64,000 nucleotides of DNA, from assembly GCA_964016885.1 (NCBI GenBank), contig OZ024742.1, positions 261,268,001 to 261,332,000 on the forward strand, read 5' to 3'. Positions 25,259-37,546 of this stretch are shown in pieces. The DNA comes from Eledone cirrhosa (taxonomy: Eukaryota). The translations under genes and the position numbers were made by a program. The notes beneath the pieces are model-generated. The model did no database searches and was not told the origin of the DNA. It was given only the letters and a program-made list of their open reading frames with translations. Position 1 is the first letter of the stretch. Each line of letters opens with the position of its first letter.

Positions 25259-25639
25259 AGAGGGATGATTAGTTCATTGAAGACATGTGCATGAATTGAG
25301 AAAAAATTAGTATGGAAAAAACCCTAAAATGACACATCCTGCTCAAGAATACAACGCGCCGTCCAGCCCTGGACAATTAGGACATGCGCCTTCACTCTGT
25401 GCGAATCAAACGCATGATGGTCGCAGTGGGGATGTTGCTCATAGGTCTGCTGTCTCAGGATTAACCTAGGGTACAACACCAACTGCAACAATTACAACCA
25501 ATGACCAATTGCAATAAATAATCTTCTGTTACTATCTACACTTGTCTTGAGAGACTGACGTCTCTTTCTGACTCTTGGTTGAAGCATGTATAAGAAATGA
25601 AAATACATAAGCTAATACAATAAAATACAACTTGCTTAT

Positions 25640-26466
25640 GCAGGTTTATTATCTTTATATAAATAGTCTTTATTGTCTATTTATTTTATGGTCTGTTTAC
25701 TGGTATATATATTTATTGTTCGTTTTTGTACAAACCTTATGTCTATGAGAGGGCAAGGATTCCATAAAGAACCTAAAATAGTCTAAATAGGTTGAGGGTC
25801 ACCCAATTTAACATGACAATCTGGCCTTTGAGTGTCTTTAGCTCATCCCACTCTATGGCAAACATTCTGGTGAGGTTTCCGGTCAGACGAATAGATCTTA
25901 GAGGTCATGCAATGAATCTTAGGACATGCGATGAGTTTGAGAGGCCATTCAATGGTTTATAGGCCATGCAGTGGGTCTTAAAGTCCATGCTATGGGCCAT
26001 AGACACTGCCTGTCGTCCTTTGACTGAACGATTAAAAACATGAAACAAAAAAGCTTTATTTGTGTTGTGAAACCGTATCAGACATTCTTAAGTACAAAAC
26101 ACCACGCATTACATTAAAATTAAAATCTTTACTATAATGCTGCAAATTTTCGCAGTGATCTTTTTACTAATAAAGATATTTCAAACATTTGAATTAACAA
26201 ACCTGTTTTTAGATATTTTCTACTAAATAATTAAAGGGTTTTAAGAGCATCGCAATGTTATGTATCGCATTAAACTACATTAGCAAGATATTATTAAAAA
26301 GTACCAAACAGCACAATGAGTGCATCACATGAAAAATTAAAATCTTGGCGTTGTGTCTATTAACAAAGATACTCTGAATATTTGAATTACCAAATCTTTA
26401 TTGGATAGTTTGTGTTAAATCTTTCCAAAATGTTAAGAGTGAACAATGATTTCTCCACTAGTAAAT
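25640..26466 (-). repeat. Diverged inverted copy of the 16370-17270 repeat
   Basis: Colinear reverse-complement blocks; includes short tandem units such as aggccatgcagtgggtctta at 25895-26000. Confidence 0.7.
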
Positions 26467-26564
26467 ACACACACACATATATATTTTTATATATAATATA
26501 TATATATGCATATATATATATATATATACCTATATCTGGATCCCCCCTCTCTCCCTCTCTCTCT

Positions 26565-26626
<62 letters not shown>

Positions 26627-26633
26627 GTATATA

Positions 26634-26746
26634 TATACAAGATCTCCCCAAACACCCAAAAATGTATACACATTTTGATTACATGTACAGGCAATATTTA
26701 TTAGAATGCAATTGTAGTTTGCATACATTTTTTGAGATACCCTGTA
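26634..26746. mobile_element. Small Tc1/mariner-like MITE remnant
   Basis: aaaaatgtatac ... gcatacattttttgagataccctgta; internal tgtacaggcaatatttattagaatgca is shared, inverted, with 62248-62277. Confidence 0.6.
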
Positions 26747-27194
26747 TATATATATATATATACAGTCGTACATACATTGAAGTGTAGCATACCAACGCAT
26801 ACGCGCGTGTACACACAAACGCCCGCACCATGCCTGCATATAAACGTAAACATACGCACCATCTATACATTCAAACGTATATGCATAATGCGTACATACA
26901 AACGTACACACAACATCAAGTTATAAGACAAACTAATCAAATATATTCCATTTCCAACACAGTAGTACTTTTAGTTGTGTTTCTTTTGGACTTATATGTT
27001 CTCCGAAAATCTTGCATTTCGTCTTGAAAATTTCTTTTCTCATAAATTCAATCGTTGCGAATATTCCAAGAATACACTGAAACTGATAGATATTAAAAAA
27101 AAAAGAAATTACTGATTTACTAATGCCGGTTACTCCGTATTTGATCCAAATTTATCGTCTGCTTATCTGTTTTATATTTACAAATGTGTAAAGA

Positions 27195-27520
27195 TTCGTG
27201 ACTTAGTGATTAGGTTGTTCAGTTCACGATCATAAGACAGTGAGTTTAGTTCGTGCACTGACCAGTACGTTGTGTCTTTGAGCAAGACACTTTATTTTAT
27301 GTTGCTGCAGTTCACTCTGCTGTACAAACTGGGTTGTAAAAAACTCAGCTGTAAAAACTAAGCCTTTACACACCGTATCACGCTGAATTTTTTTGAAAAT
27401 TACGTTGAGTACACGTGTCTGAGGAATACTCAGTCACTTACTTGCATGCTAACTGAACGAGTTAGCTTGTTCCCTTGATCAAACAACTATAACACTCGTT
27501 GACGAAGCCGACGGAGGTCC
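27195..27520 (+). mobile_element. SINE, family B
   Basis: gtctttgagcaagacactttattt; cacgctgaatt; ccgacggag end. Confidence 0.65.
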
Positions 27521-27789
27521 AACACACACATTATCATTGCCCTGATTGGACAACAAATAAGATCAAGTAGAAGAGTCTACAACAGTGATACCTAAACGGA
27601 GGCATTTGGCTTCCAAGGGAGGAATTTCAAATCTCAGGGCAGAAATGTTAACTAATGGAGAGTTAGTGGAAGAATCCAAACTGGAAAAGAATGGTGAACA
27701 TTGTGTAATGCCATAAGGACGATCATGAATTAACAGTTCACAAAAAATAGCTGTTTCAGTCTTAATCCCATTTGGGACATTACAGTTAT

Positions 27790-28090
27790 TTAAGTTGTTG
27801 AAAAGCTTGTTTATGTTAATAAAAAGGTTCAGTTGAACATTTTCTAGATGTCAATTGACAATGGAGAAGAATTAAGGAAACTTGGGATTGCAAGAGGAAG
27901 AATGTGGCCTTTGTCTCTGAGAAACACTGTACCATACAATTATTGAGATTTGAAAAGCTTGCTTATAATAATATGGTACGTATGTAAAATATTACTAGAT
28001 GACAATTAAGAATAGTGAAGGATTTGAGGAAAACTGGGATTATGAGAGGAGGAATGTGTCCTGCGTCTGCGAGTGCCACTGCTTTACAGA
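27790..28090. repeat. Diverged tandem duplication, ~153 bp unit
   Basis: ttgaaaagcttg..ctagatg.caatt..aggaaa..tgggatt..agagga.gaatgtg occurs twice. Confidence 0.7.
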
Positions 28091-28288
28091 TATGACTTGC
28101 TGTATATAAATAAGCAAGGAATAATATAGAATGAATCAACCTACTAACGGCATGTAATCTGACTCTGCAGTAAACACAATTGTGCTATATTCTCAAACGT
28201 AATGAATAACGGAATACATTTTTTGTGGTTGATGTATTTTAATAGAAATATTACTGGGAAGATATTGAAACAGGGAGATTGTACTGTG

Positions 28289-28339
<51 letters not shown>

Positions 28340-28644
28340 TGCGTGTGTGCATGCGTGTGTGTGTGTGTCTGCGTGCGTGTGTGTGTGTGCGTGTGTGTGA
28401 CTGTGTTTGTCTGTGTGTGTTTGTGTGTGTGTGTTGGTGTGTCTGTGTTATGTGTGACTGAGTATATGTGTGTATGTTTGTGTGTGTATTAGTGTATCTG
28501 TGTTATGTGTTGTCTGAGTATGTGTGTGTGTAAGAGAGAGAGAAAGAGTGTGTGAGTGTGCGCGGGCGTGTGTGAGGAACACAGCGATAGAGAGACAAAA
28601 ATGGAAAGACAGAGGTTGATACATGCATGTAGTGACAAACAAAC

Positions 28645-28652
28645 AGACAGAC

Positions 28653-28720
<68 letters not shown>

Positions 28721-28733
28721 GGTAGATAGATAG
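28645..28733. repeat. (GACA)/(GATA)n microsatellite at the LINE 3' end
   Basis: Seen directly; follows AATAAAGAA on the minus strand. Confidence 0.95.
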
Positions 28734-28974
28734 ATTTCTTTATTTGCCACAAGGGCGCACAAGAAAGGGGCACAATACAAAAACACATACAGGATATTTT
28801 ACATACAGTCGTGTCAAAATATTATTAAAACAAACAAATTTAACAATCGAAATCCCCAACAGGGAGGAGGCGTTACAAATGGGTTGTTTAATACCCCGTC
28901 GATAGAACAGCCCTCAACTCCGGGAGCGTCTTGTGCACGTGCTCCTTTCTTCCTTTTGCTCTCTTCTTCAACCT

Positions 28975-31900
28975 ACAGGTTTATATACAGAGAAGGCCAT
29001 TTTTGCTACATTCACCAACCTTTCAGTAAATTTCTCCACTCTGATTCTCCTTCTAAAGTGGTATCTAAAGAAGGGAATGAGTTGTTGTCCGGAGAGAAAG
29101 GCATCTGTCCTCAGTCCTCTCAATCTCGTCCAGCATATAATCTCTTTTACCATAGCCACTATACAGAGGAAAACCGCCTCTCTTTCGTTTTTGAAAGAAG
29201 TTGGCGGTTAAATCCTTACTATGGACTCGGCAGTTAACTGGATTTGTCCCATACGTGACAGCAATTGTTCTACGTAGTTCCACAAGTCGGTTACATCCGG
29301 GCAGTGTACAATTGCGTGCAAGACGGTTTCAATGTCCTGCTCGCATCTTGGACACGTCCTCTTGGAAGGATCCCTGCCTGTAGATCACGTCTCGAACTGG
29401 TGGAGCTCTTCGGTAGCACTGCCAGGCCAGGGACCTCTGGAAGTTGTCCATAGGTCCCGGGCGGAAAGTCTTACCAAACAGATTGGTGAGCTCGTCTCCG
29501 AGCACGTCGTCGCACTTATAACGTACTAACCCTCTATAGAATGTCGATTGATGTGCCCGCTTGACAGAGGACTGTGAGCGCCTGAGTGCATTCAATGTGC
29601 CAGGCGCTCATTTTCTTCGGTCTCCGCTTGACCCAGGACTGCAGCTCCGTCAGTGAGACTAGTTGCGGGAAGGCCTGTCTCACAAACGGGGCCCACACCT
29701 GTTGGTCGGTGAGGAATACCTGGAGATGCCGTAGCCTCAGTGCGTGTTTGCGCATCATCAGCCACGGCATTTCCAGCCCTCCGTTGGAAGGGTGCTGAGA
29801 GCAAACGGATCTCCTCACCAGTGCAGCCTGCTTCTTCCAAAGGAACTGGAAGAGCATGCGTTCCATCTTGGTGAGGTATTCACGGAGACAAGACACGACG
29901 GTCAAGCAGTAGTAGATGACGGACGCTATGAAAGTGTTCGCCACCTCCGCTCGACCTTTCGAGGATAGTTTGCACTCTGCCCACTTCTGGGTGAGCGCAA
30001 ATACCTTGGCCGTGAGCTCGATCCAGTTTTTATCCACCTGGAGGTCCGGACCGAACCAGACCCCGAGCAATTTCACCGGTCCGTCCGTCCAGTGTCCGAC
30101 GGCATCGGTTTGCCTCTCCACGTTCCGAGTTGCAAACTGATAGACTTGTCCGGGTTCAGTTTTGCTCCTGTGAACAAACTGCAGTAAGTTGCCGATCGCC
30201 ACGATTTCCGAGGTGTTCGACACCATTACTTTCACGTCGTCGGCATAAGCCGACGCCGCTTTCCGCAGTCCCGGTTCCAACGGGATGCCCTGCAGTAGCT
30301 CCAGCTTCCGCAGTAGTGGCTCTAGAGTCAATACGTACAGAATGGAGGAGAGAGGGCATCCCTGTCGAATGGAACGCGTGATTGCGAACGGCTCCGAAAG
30401 GTAGCCGTTCACCTTGACCGCCGAGCAGATGTTGGTGTGCATTGCTGTGATCCAGCCTCTGAAGACGGGTCCGAAACCGGCCGCCTTGTGAACCGCTTCC
30501 AAGTATCGATGGTCGACCCTATCGAACGCCTTAGACTGATCTAAATTGATCAGAGCCCCACCGAAGCCGGGTTTACACCCCACCCTCCCTATGATGTATC
30601 GCATGAGGTGGAGGTTGTCGTGTATGGACCTGGTTGGAATTGCACACGTTTGAGCTTTTCCCACCAGGTTCTCGACGACAAGCGCCAGCCTCGTTGCTAA
30701 CACATTCGTCATAACTCTCTAGGAGAGTTATGGGCCTAAAGTTGCTTAGTTCGTCCCCCTTGTTCTCGTCTTTCCTGATCAGCGTTACTACGCCCCTGCC
30801 TGCAGAACTGGGAATTCTCCCGTTCTGCTGCCAGTTGCAGTAGACGGCTTCGAGGACGCCAGAGAACAAGTCCGGCATGCCTATGTAAAGCTCATAGGGT
30901 AGACAATCTAGACCGGGTGATTTGCGTTTCCCGCAGCGGCCCAGAGCGTCCCGTATCTCAGTGGCTGTGATCGGTCTTTTGCAGAACTCGGCGTCCATGC
31001 TCGAGAGACGCGGCAGGCCGTCGAGGTATGAACCGAAGTCCATTGCCTCGTTCGGCGCACCACTGTTCTGCTCGAACAGTTGCGCAAAGTGCCACTGAAA
31101 GGCCGTGCACATCCGCTTGGAGTCAAGTAGCACGCGTCTGTTTTGGTCTTTCAAAGACCGAATCGTGGACTTGTTGCCACTTTTCGCTTCTGCCACTCGG
31201 GCCCAGCTAACAGCTTTTGCTCCCTCGTTTCCTAGAGCACGTGATCTACTCCTGACCACGCAGCTTTCGTGTTTCGCATCGAAGAACTGGTCTAGTGCCG
31301 TTCTCGTTGCTAGCATTCTAGTTGCGTTGCCACTCCTAAGCGCCTCCTCTACCTTGGCTACTAGTTCCCTTTCTGTCTTGTTCTTCTCTAAGGCTAGTTC
31401 TTTGCTAAAAGCTATCGACTCTACTCTAATTGCTTTCTTGAGAGTGTACCACCATCTATTGTTGACGATGGCTCCCGTCAACTGTTGCTTAACTAATCTA
31501 CTTATCCGTCCACTGTAGGCTTTACGCGTAGGTAACAACATGTTCAGCTTCCAGTAACCTGGTCCTTGTCTATGCGTTCTATCATGGTCGACTATGCAGG
31601 TGGTCTGAATAGGCAACCATGTACATTTGTGGACATCTTAATATCTTCTTGTCTCTTTCTCTAATAAAGAACCTATCTAAATACGATCTAGATGTCCCGC
31701 TAAAATTTGTCCACGTCCACTGTGGTGCAATCGGGAAGTCTAGTCGATACTTATCGGCTAGTTGGAATTGGCCGATTAAATTTTTGAGGCTGTTGCACCC
31801 CCTCTACTGGGATATGTCCCTACATAGTCCCATCGTGCGTCTAGGATACCATCCCAGTCCCCCACTAAAAGCAAGGAGCGAGACGTTCCCAGAAAAGACT

Positions 31901-32278
31901 CTAGACGCGTAAAAAAGTCTGGCCACGATTGCCCAGTCGACCACCAGTCTGAAGGCTCCACCTCCAACACTGTTCACGTCTAGGACTACCAGTCTACCAT
32001 CCGGGTCCAAGTGTATTTGCTGTATTTCGAGATCCAGGTTCTTCCGAAACATGACAGCCACTCCCCATCCACCTCCTGGCTGACAGAGACATGCGTAGAT
32101 CTCAAAGTCATTGAAGATGTGGGTTAGTTGCTGCCTGTTGTGGATCCTGGACTCGGTGATGGCTATCGCATCCATACCCTGTGACCTAAAGCCTAGGGAT
32201 GCCCTGGAAACGTTGGCCTTGTTTCCAGGGCATCCCTAGGCCACGCACATTCACACTTCCAACTCGTAGATTAGCCAT
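28975..32278 (-). pseudogene. ORF2 (APE endonuclease, RT, C-terminal zinc finger), frameshifted
   Basis: MANLRVGSVNVRGL, ITES, VGDWD, GPGYWKLN, SPGLD, NFRPITLL, LDQSKAFD, RQGCPLS, AYADD, GGL, GPMDNFQ. Confidence 0.92.
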
Positions 32279-32320
32279 GTTGGTGGAGAAGAGTTGGCGA
32301 AAAGGATGAAAAGATGCACT

Positions 32321-34131
32321 TACCTTTTCGTTTCCTGGAGATCAGGTTGTTCAATCTCCATTTGGGTGCTGGTTGGGTGGGATGGGGAAACATTTTAATA
32401 GGACACGGTTTATAGGTTTTTGACAGGGGTTGCCGACGTCCTGCGAAAATTCGCTTTTTAGTTTGCTGTAAGTTTCCATGGAAACTCTTATTAGTTTCAG
32501 GTGTGGTGCCGATTCCGATTTTACGAAAGTTTTCCTCTCGGTCTCCACCTTGGGGTTTTTGGAGATGACCTCCATCAAATTTTTGTTGTTGGTGTTGATG
32601 TATGCGTACTGTTGTTTGTGTTTTTGTCGTGTTGTTTTTGTTTGTTTTTCATCTGGGAGTTTTCTTTTTATGGTGGGTGTTTGTGTTTGGGGTGGTATTG
32701 GTGTTTGTTTTGTTGGTAGGGGGAGATTTGATTGTGGTGTTGTTTGTGTTGTTGTTTGTGTCGGTGGCTGTGTGTTTATGTTGGTGATTGGTGGTTTTGT
32801 GGCTTTGCGGTGTTTCTTTATTTGTTTTGTTTTTTTGATTTCCGAGGCTCTCCTTCATCCTCGCTTGGGGATGGAGAAGTAGCTTCGTCTGTTGATGAGT
32901 AATCGTCATCAGGAGTGTGCGGGAGTGGTATGCTGTGTGGTGATGGTGTTTTTGTGTGTGTGTTTGTGGTAGTGTTGGATGACGTGGGATGGGGTGGGAC
33001 TGTGTTCTTCAGGGGAGTTGTCTGTGTTTTTTCTGTTGTTGTTGGTTGAGTGGTTGCTTGTTTTGGTGTGTTTGCTTGTTTTGTGTGGTGTTGTTATTGT
33101 TGTTGTGGTGGTGATGATGGTGTTGGTGTTGGTAAGAGTATTTTTTTGGCTTGTTTTTTCAAGTTTGTCTGTAAAGGGCAGGAGGCCTTTAAATGTGATG
33201 TGCTGGCACATCGAAAGTAGTGTGGCCTCCCTACTTCAGTGGAAATGTTGATGTGGCTGTTATTATCCACCAGTACTCTTCCGGTATTTTGGAGATTCTC
33301 TCCGGCCTCATTTGCCCCAGAACCTCCAAATTTGTACCAGACCCCGTGTGTCTGGTTGATTTTTTGATGGAGAGGATGGTGTCCTCTCCTTCCTCTAAAA
33401 ATCCTGCCAAAATCCACCAAATATTAATATTTGGTGGTATGTTTGAAATTTTTATCTTTTGGGTCCTTTTTCCCAGGTAAGAAGGGAAAAAGGCGTATTT
33501 ACTAGAAGTCACTGGCGTTACAGAATATTCATGTGCGAGGGCTTCGCTTTTTAGGAGCACCGAAATGCTTCCATACTGTCTGGCCCTCTGCATAAAATCT
33601 ATATCCGGTAAAACCTCCTTCAATGTTGTTTCTATTTCCCTTTGAGGAATGCCGGCTTTCTTGTATCATTTGAAACAGTTCTGAAGGTAACCGCCCTTCA
33701 AAGTGTTTCAAGTCGGATTTCGGGGTGAGTTTATTTTAAACCCACCCTTCTCCTCGAAAATTACAATTTGTTTTGCTTCACTAAGCATCTCCCTCGCATT
33801 GGAGATATCAAGATTTTTTAAGTCTTATTTTTTTTATTACTGTTTGTGCAAAAGATATTTTTTTGGTGTTTTTGTTGTTGTGGTTGTCACTTTTTTCGTT
33901 TATAGTTGTGGAAATTGTTTCATTATTAGTGGGTTTTTTTTATGTGTGTTCTATGCTGTGTGGTCCATCTTGTAAGTTGCCTTTTTCGCCTTCTTGGCGA
34001 AACAAAACTGTGTTGTCACTATTTGTCAGCATAGTGACGCCTCGGCAGGCAGGCGTTGCGGCAACGTTAATTTCTGCCTTTCTCTCTCTACTTTTATCGG
34101 CAGAGACTAGCGTTCCTTCCGAGCTAGCCAT
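32321..34131 (-). pseudogene. ORF1 (RRM-like region, zinc knuckle, Thr/Asn/Lys-rich linker), frameshifted
   Basis: ORF pieces 33940-34131, 33231-33623, 33094-33420 and 32351-32578; homologous to ORF1 at 2.2-2.5 kb and 54.7-55.4 kb. Confidence 0.8.
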
Positions 34132-34304
34132 TGTATAATCATTTTTTTTTTAAAGACTTTTTTCAAATAAAATTTCCGCCTCTGTGTGGCGAAAAATGAG
34201 ATTACCGCCCAGCTGACAATTCAGCCTGGGGGTTAATCTACGAAACAATATATTTTTTAAACAAAAATTCCGATTTTTTGTATGCAGAATTTACAAAAAA
34301 ACTT

Positions 34305-34452
34305 ACCAGCAATTACCCAGTACATTACTGGTACTTTATTTTATCGACCCCGTAAGGATGAAAAGCAAAGTTGACCTCGGCGGGATTTGAACTCAGAATG
34401 GAAAGGGCCGTAACTCTATGCGTCAAAGCATGACGTCCGACCCTCTACCGAT
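34305..34452 (-). mobile_element. SINE, family A
   Basis: Same core as 16505-16695. Confidence 0.85.
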
Positions 34453-34639
34453 GAAGATATGAAGGACATTTTTATTCTCAAAACATCCTGTCTCTCTGTT
34501 CGACATTGTACAGGGAATCAATAATGAATTATTGTATGATAAAATAAACCGATTGAAAACTAATGGTGTTTAAAGTAAACTTGACTGTAATGATGATAAT
34601 AGCACAATCACTTCCCCCCCCCCCCCCCCCTTCGCTCTA

Positions 34640-34698
34640 CCACCACCATCACATCATCTTCATCATCATCATCGTTATCACCACCACTGCCACAAACC

Positions 34699-34730
<32 letters not shown>

Positions 34731-34858
34731 AAAGACCACCACTATCACATAATCATCATCACCATCATCATCGTTATCACTAACACTGCAACAAACCACC
34801 ACCATCAACACCACCACCAACAACAAAATCAACACCACCATCAACAAAAACACCACCA
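34640..34858. repeat. CAC/CAT/CAA trinucleotide tract
   Basis: Seen directly. Confidence 0.9.
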
Positions 34859-35094
34859 GTTGAAGTATAACATTTTTTACTTACATACAACCATACGTTA
34901 ATCACCTCCGAATTTCATTCTATAAATCAATAACGATAAAGGTAGGAGAACATTTTGTTTCCCACCTACTTCGCGAAATGTTTGTCTATTTCTGAGGTAC
35001 ACAACATGAAAGAGATAGTACATATTCTATATTAATATATAAGTTTATGTAATAGTTAAATATAATCATAAACTCGTGTGTATATTTTGTATCG

Positions 35095-35420
35095 ATGGAC
35101 CTCCATCGCTTTCGGCCATGAGTTTTCCAGGTTTTTTTGACAGCGGAACAACCAGTTCATGAAATTACGTAAGTACCTGTGCATTTCACAGACAGACACG
35201 TGTACCCTTAACGTAATTCCCAGGTGATTGAACCTGACACAATGTGACAAGGGTACCTCATGAATTACATACACAATCCATCCAATGGTCTTCCAAACAA
35301 TTTCAGTTTACTCAATTTCACTCACAGTACGGATTGATCTGAGGCTATGCTAACTGACACTTGCCGAAGATACCGCGCAGTAAAATTGAAACAAGGTTTA
35401 ATGATTGCGAAACGAACTTT
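35095..35420 (-). mobile_element. SINE, family B
   Basis: Reverse-complement match to 11245-11580 (acgttaagggtacacgtgtctgt). Confidence 0.6.
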
Positions 35421-35654
35421 CTTATCATTCCTCTACACTTCGCCAACTGAACATTAATATATATGTGTAATAAAAGTTAAATATAATCATATATTTGTGT
35501 GCGTGTTTTAGTTATCATCAATACATGTAAAGTAAACTTTATCGGTGTTTGACGAAACACCTGGAAATTCATGTGGATATAGTTTCAACAATCTCTATAT
35601 ATAGGAGGACCTAAAACATGTTGAAATGGGGTATAAAAAAAGAACATAAGTTTA

Positions 35655-35975
35655 CTAAGTGGTTAGAGCGTTGTGCTTGCAATCATGAGGTTGTGAGTTC
35701 GATTCTCGGACCGGGTGATGAGTCCTTGGGCAAGCGACTTTATTTCATGGTGTTCCAGTTTAACTGAACTGTCGAAATAAGTTGCGACGTCACTGGTGTC
35801 AAGCTGTATCGGCAATTGCATTTCCCTTGGAAAACATCGTTGGTGTGGAGAAGGGGGGGGGCCGGTAATCATGGTCGACTGCTGGTCTTCCACAAACAAC
35901 CTAACCCAGACTTGTGCCGCAGAGGAGAACTTTCTAGGTGCAAATCCCATGGTCATTCATGACCGAAGGGGTCTT
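35655..35975 (+). mobile_element. tRNA-derived SINE, family C
   Basis: agtggttagagcg A box, gagttcgattc B box, tccttgggcaag, distinct tail gcaaatcccatggtcattcatgaccgaagggg. Confidence 0.7.
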
Positions 35976-35982
35976 TATATGT

Positions 35983-36285
35983 ATCTCTCTACATATCAAA
36001 TTCTTTGTTTCTCTGTCTGTCTTTTCCTTATGCATTCCCAAACGGTTCGACCAAATCAAATCAAATTTTATTAGACCCCGGGAGTGTCGACATATAATTT
36101 TTATTTTCATTTGGATTAAAACAATATAACACTTTATCTAAAATAATCTACTATAGACAACTATAAGTAAACGGATATTTTATAACACGACGACGACGTC
36201 ACATTTTGTATATGATTGTGTATGTGTCTGTGTGTGTTTGCGTGTTCGTTACGTACGTTACGCCTTAGTAAGTTACATACACATA
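35983..36285 (+). mobile_element. Helitron 5' end
   Basis: A|TCTCTCTACATATCAAA..ctgtctgtc start; ~280 bp homologous, inverted, to 44135-44430, which precedes a Helitron Rep fragment. Confidence 0.6.
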
Positions 36286-36289
36286 CATC

Positions 36290-36560
36290 AATAAGATTTG
36301 AGATATTTGATCCAGGGGTGGTCAGTCTAACAAACTGGACGTAGGCCGCCCCTGAATCAAATATCTCAAATCTTATTTTTTATTTTTTGTCTCCGTGTTC
36401 CCAGCTTGTGTTTACCATGATTTCTTTATGACTCTTATGCAATGAACCTGATAATGTCTCTGGAATTCTACTGGTCATTGAAATATATATATAGTGTCTG
36501 CAAAAATAAAAACCTTCAAAGGAATTTGAACTTTCCGGCCTCCTGTTACTTTATTCAATT
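36290..36560 (+). mobile_element. PLE-like tail with a 5' fold-back hairpin and decayed hammerhead
   Basis: Hairpin 36290-36377 (22 bp perfect plus 12 bp imperfect arms); CTGATAA..GAAA-TATATATA at 36448-36492; AATAAA at 36505; then a microsatellite. Confidence 0.5.
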
Positions 36561-36599
36561 ATACACACACACACACAGATACATACATACATACATACA

Positions 36600-36635
<36 letters not shown>

Positions 36636-37475
36636 TATATATACATAAAAGAATAACATTAAGAAAAATGATGATGTTACATAAATCGTGTATTCATAAT
36701 AATTATTTCAACGGTTCACTTATGCAATCCATGATGTAACTTATGCGTTTGTTGTTGTTATGGGAACCATAACACAAAATCCGATTTTGTGTTTTGCCGC
36801 AGGCAAAAAACACGTCCTTCTTCTCTTGTGTCCGGCTGACGTGTTTTTTTGCCTGCAGCATATCACAAAATCGGATTTTATACTGAATCTCCATCGTTAC
36901 TACAAGCTACAAATGTAGAGAGCCTTCTACTGCTTACTCCTGTCTTTACCAAAACAACTTTTACTGAACATACTTGCCTCTCTCTTTACTACTGTCAAGC
37001 CCTAGATTTCTATGCTTTTATCTCCACTTTAAAAATATTTTGGAGTGTTTCGGATGAATAGAAGTAAACATACACACACATGTACCCCAGGTCCGAACTC
37101 AGTCGAGCCGAACTCCCACTGTCATCGTCTCTGTCTCTCTCATCCTCCCCATTTCTCACCACTTTCAGCAAATGGAGTTCCACGCGCCCGGCGGACAGAA
37201 TAGAGAAGATTACGACACCAGAAGATAAAATAAATAAATTAATGAATTATTCAGAATAATTCTTTAACTTATATGAACCGGAGCGACTGACCCTCTTGGT
37301 AATTTTATACCTTAGTCTATTGATCATCCCAAAAATGTTTGAAAGGGTGGTACCTCCCACACTCTGCCTGCCTATAAAAACAGTTATGTACATCATATGC
37401 CTAATGTAGTGGACTACTACCACCACGTTCTTAACTACAGTAGCATATCAAAAACAAGAACATTACAATTTTACA

Positions 37476-37546
37476 CCCATCTGATGAGAACACGTCAAAG
37501 GGTTATTATGCAATCACGTTGACGTCTTTGAAATACGTATAACAGG
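37476..37546 (+). ncRNA. Hammerhead ribozyme with extended stem II in a PLE-like tail
   Basis: CCCAT-CTGATGA-GAACACGTCAA..TTGACGTCTTT-GAA-ATACGTAT-A-ACAGG; palindromic stem III; AATAAA at 37554; (TA)n from about 37595. Confidence 0.7.

Larger units (their letters stand above)
28734..34300 (-). mobile_element. Near full-length L1/Tx1-like LINE
   Basis: 5'UTR, ORF1 with CCHC-like knuckle (RPHYFRCASTSHLKASCP), ORF2 APE-RT-zinc finger, 3'UTR, AATAAA, (ATCT)n. Confidence 0.95.
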
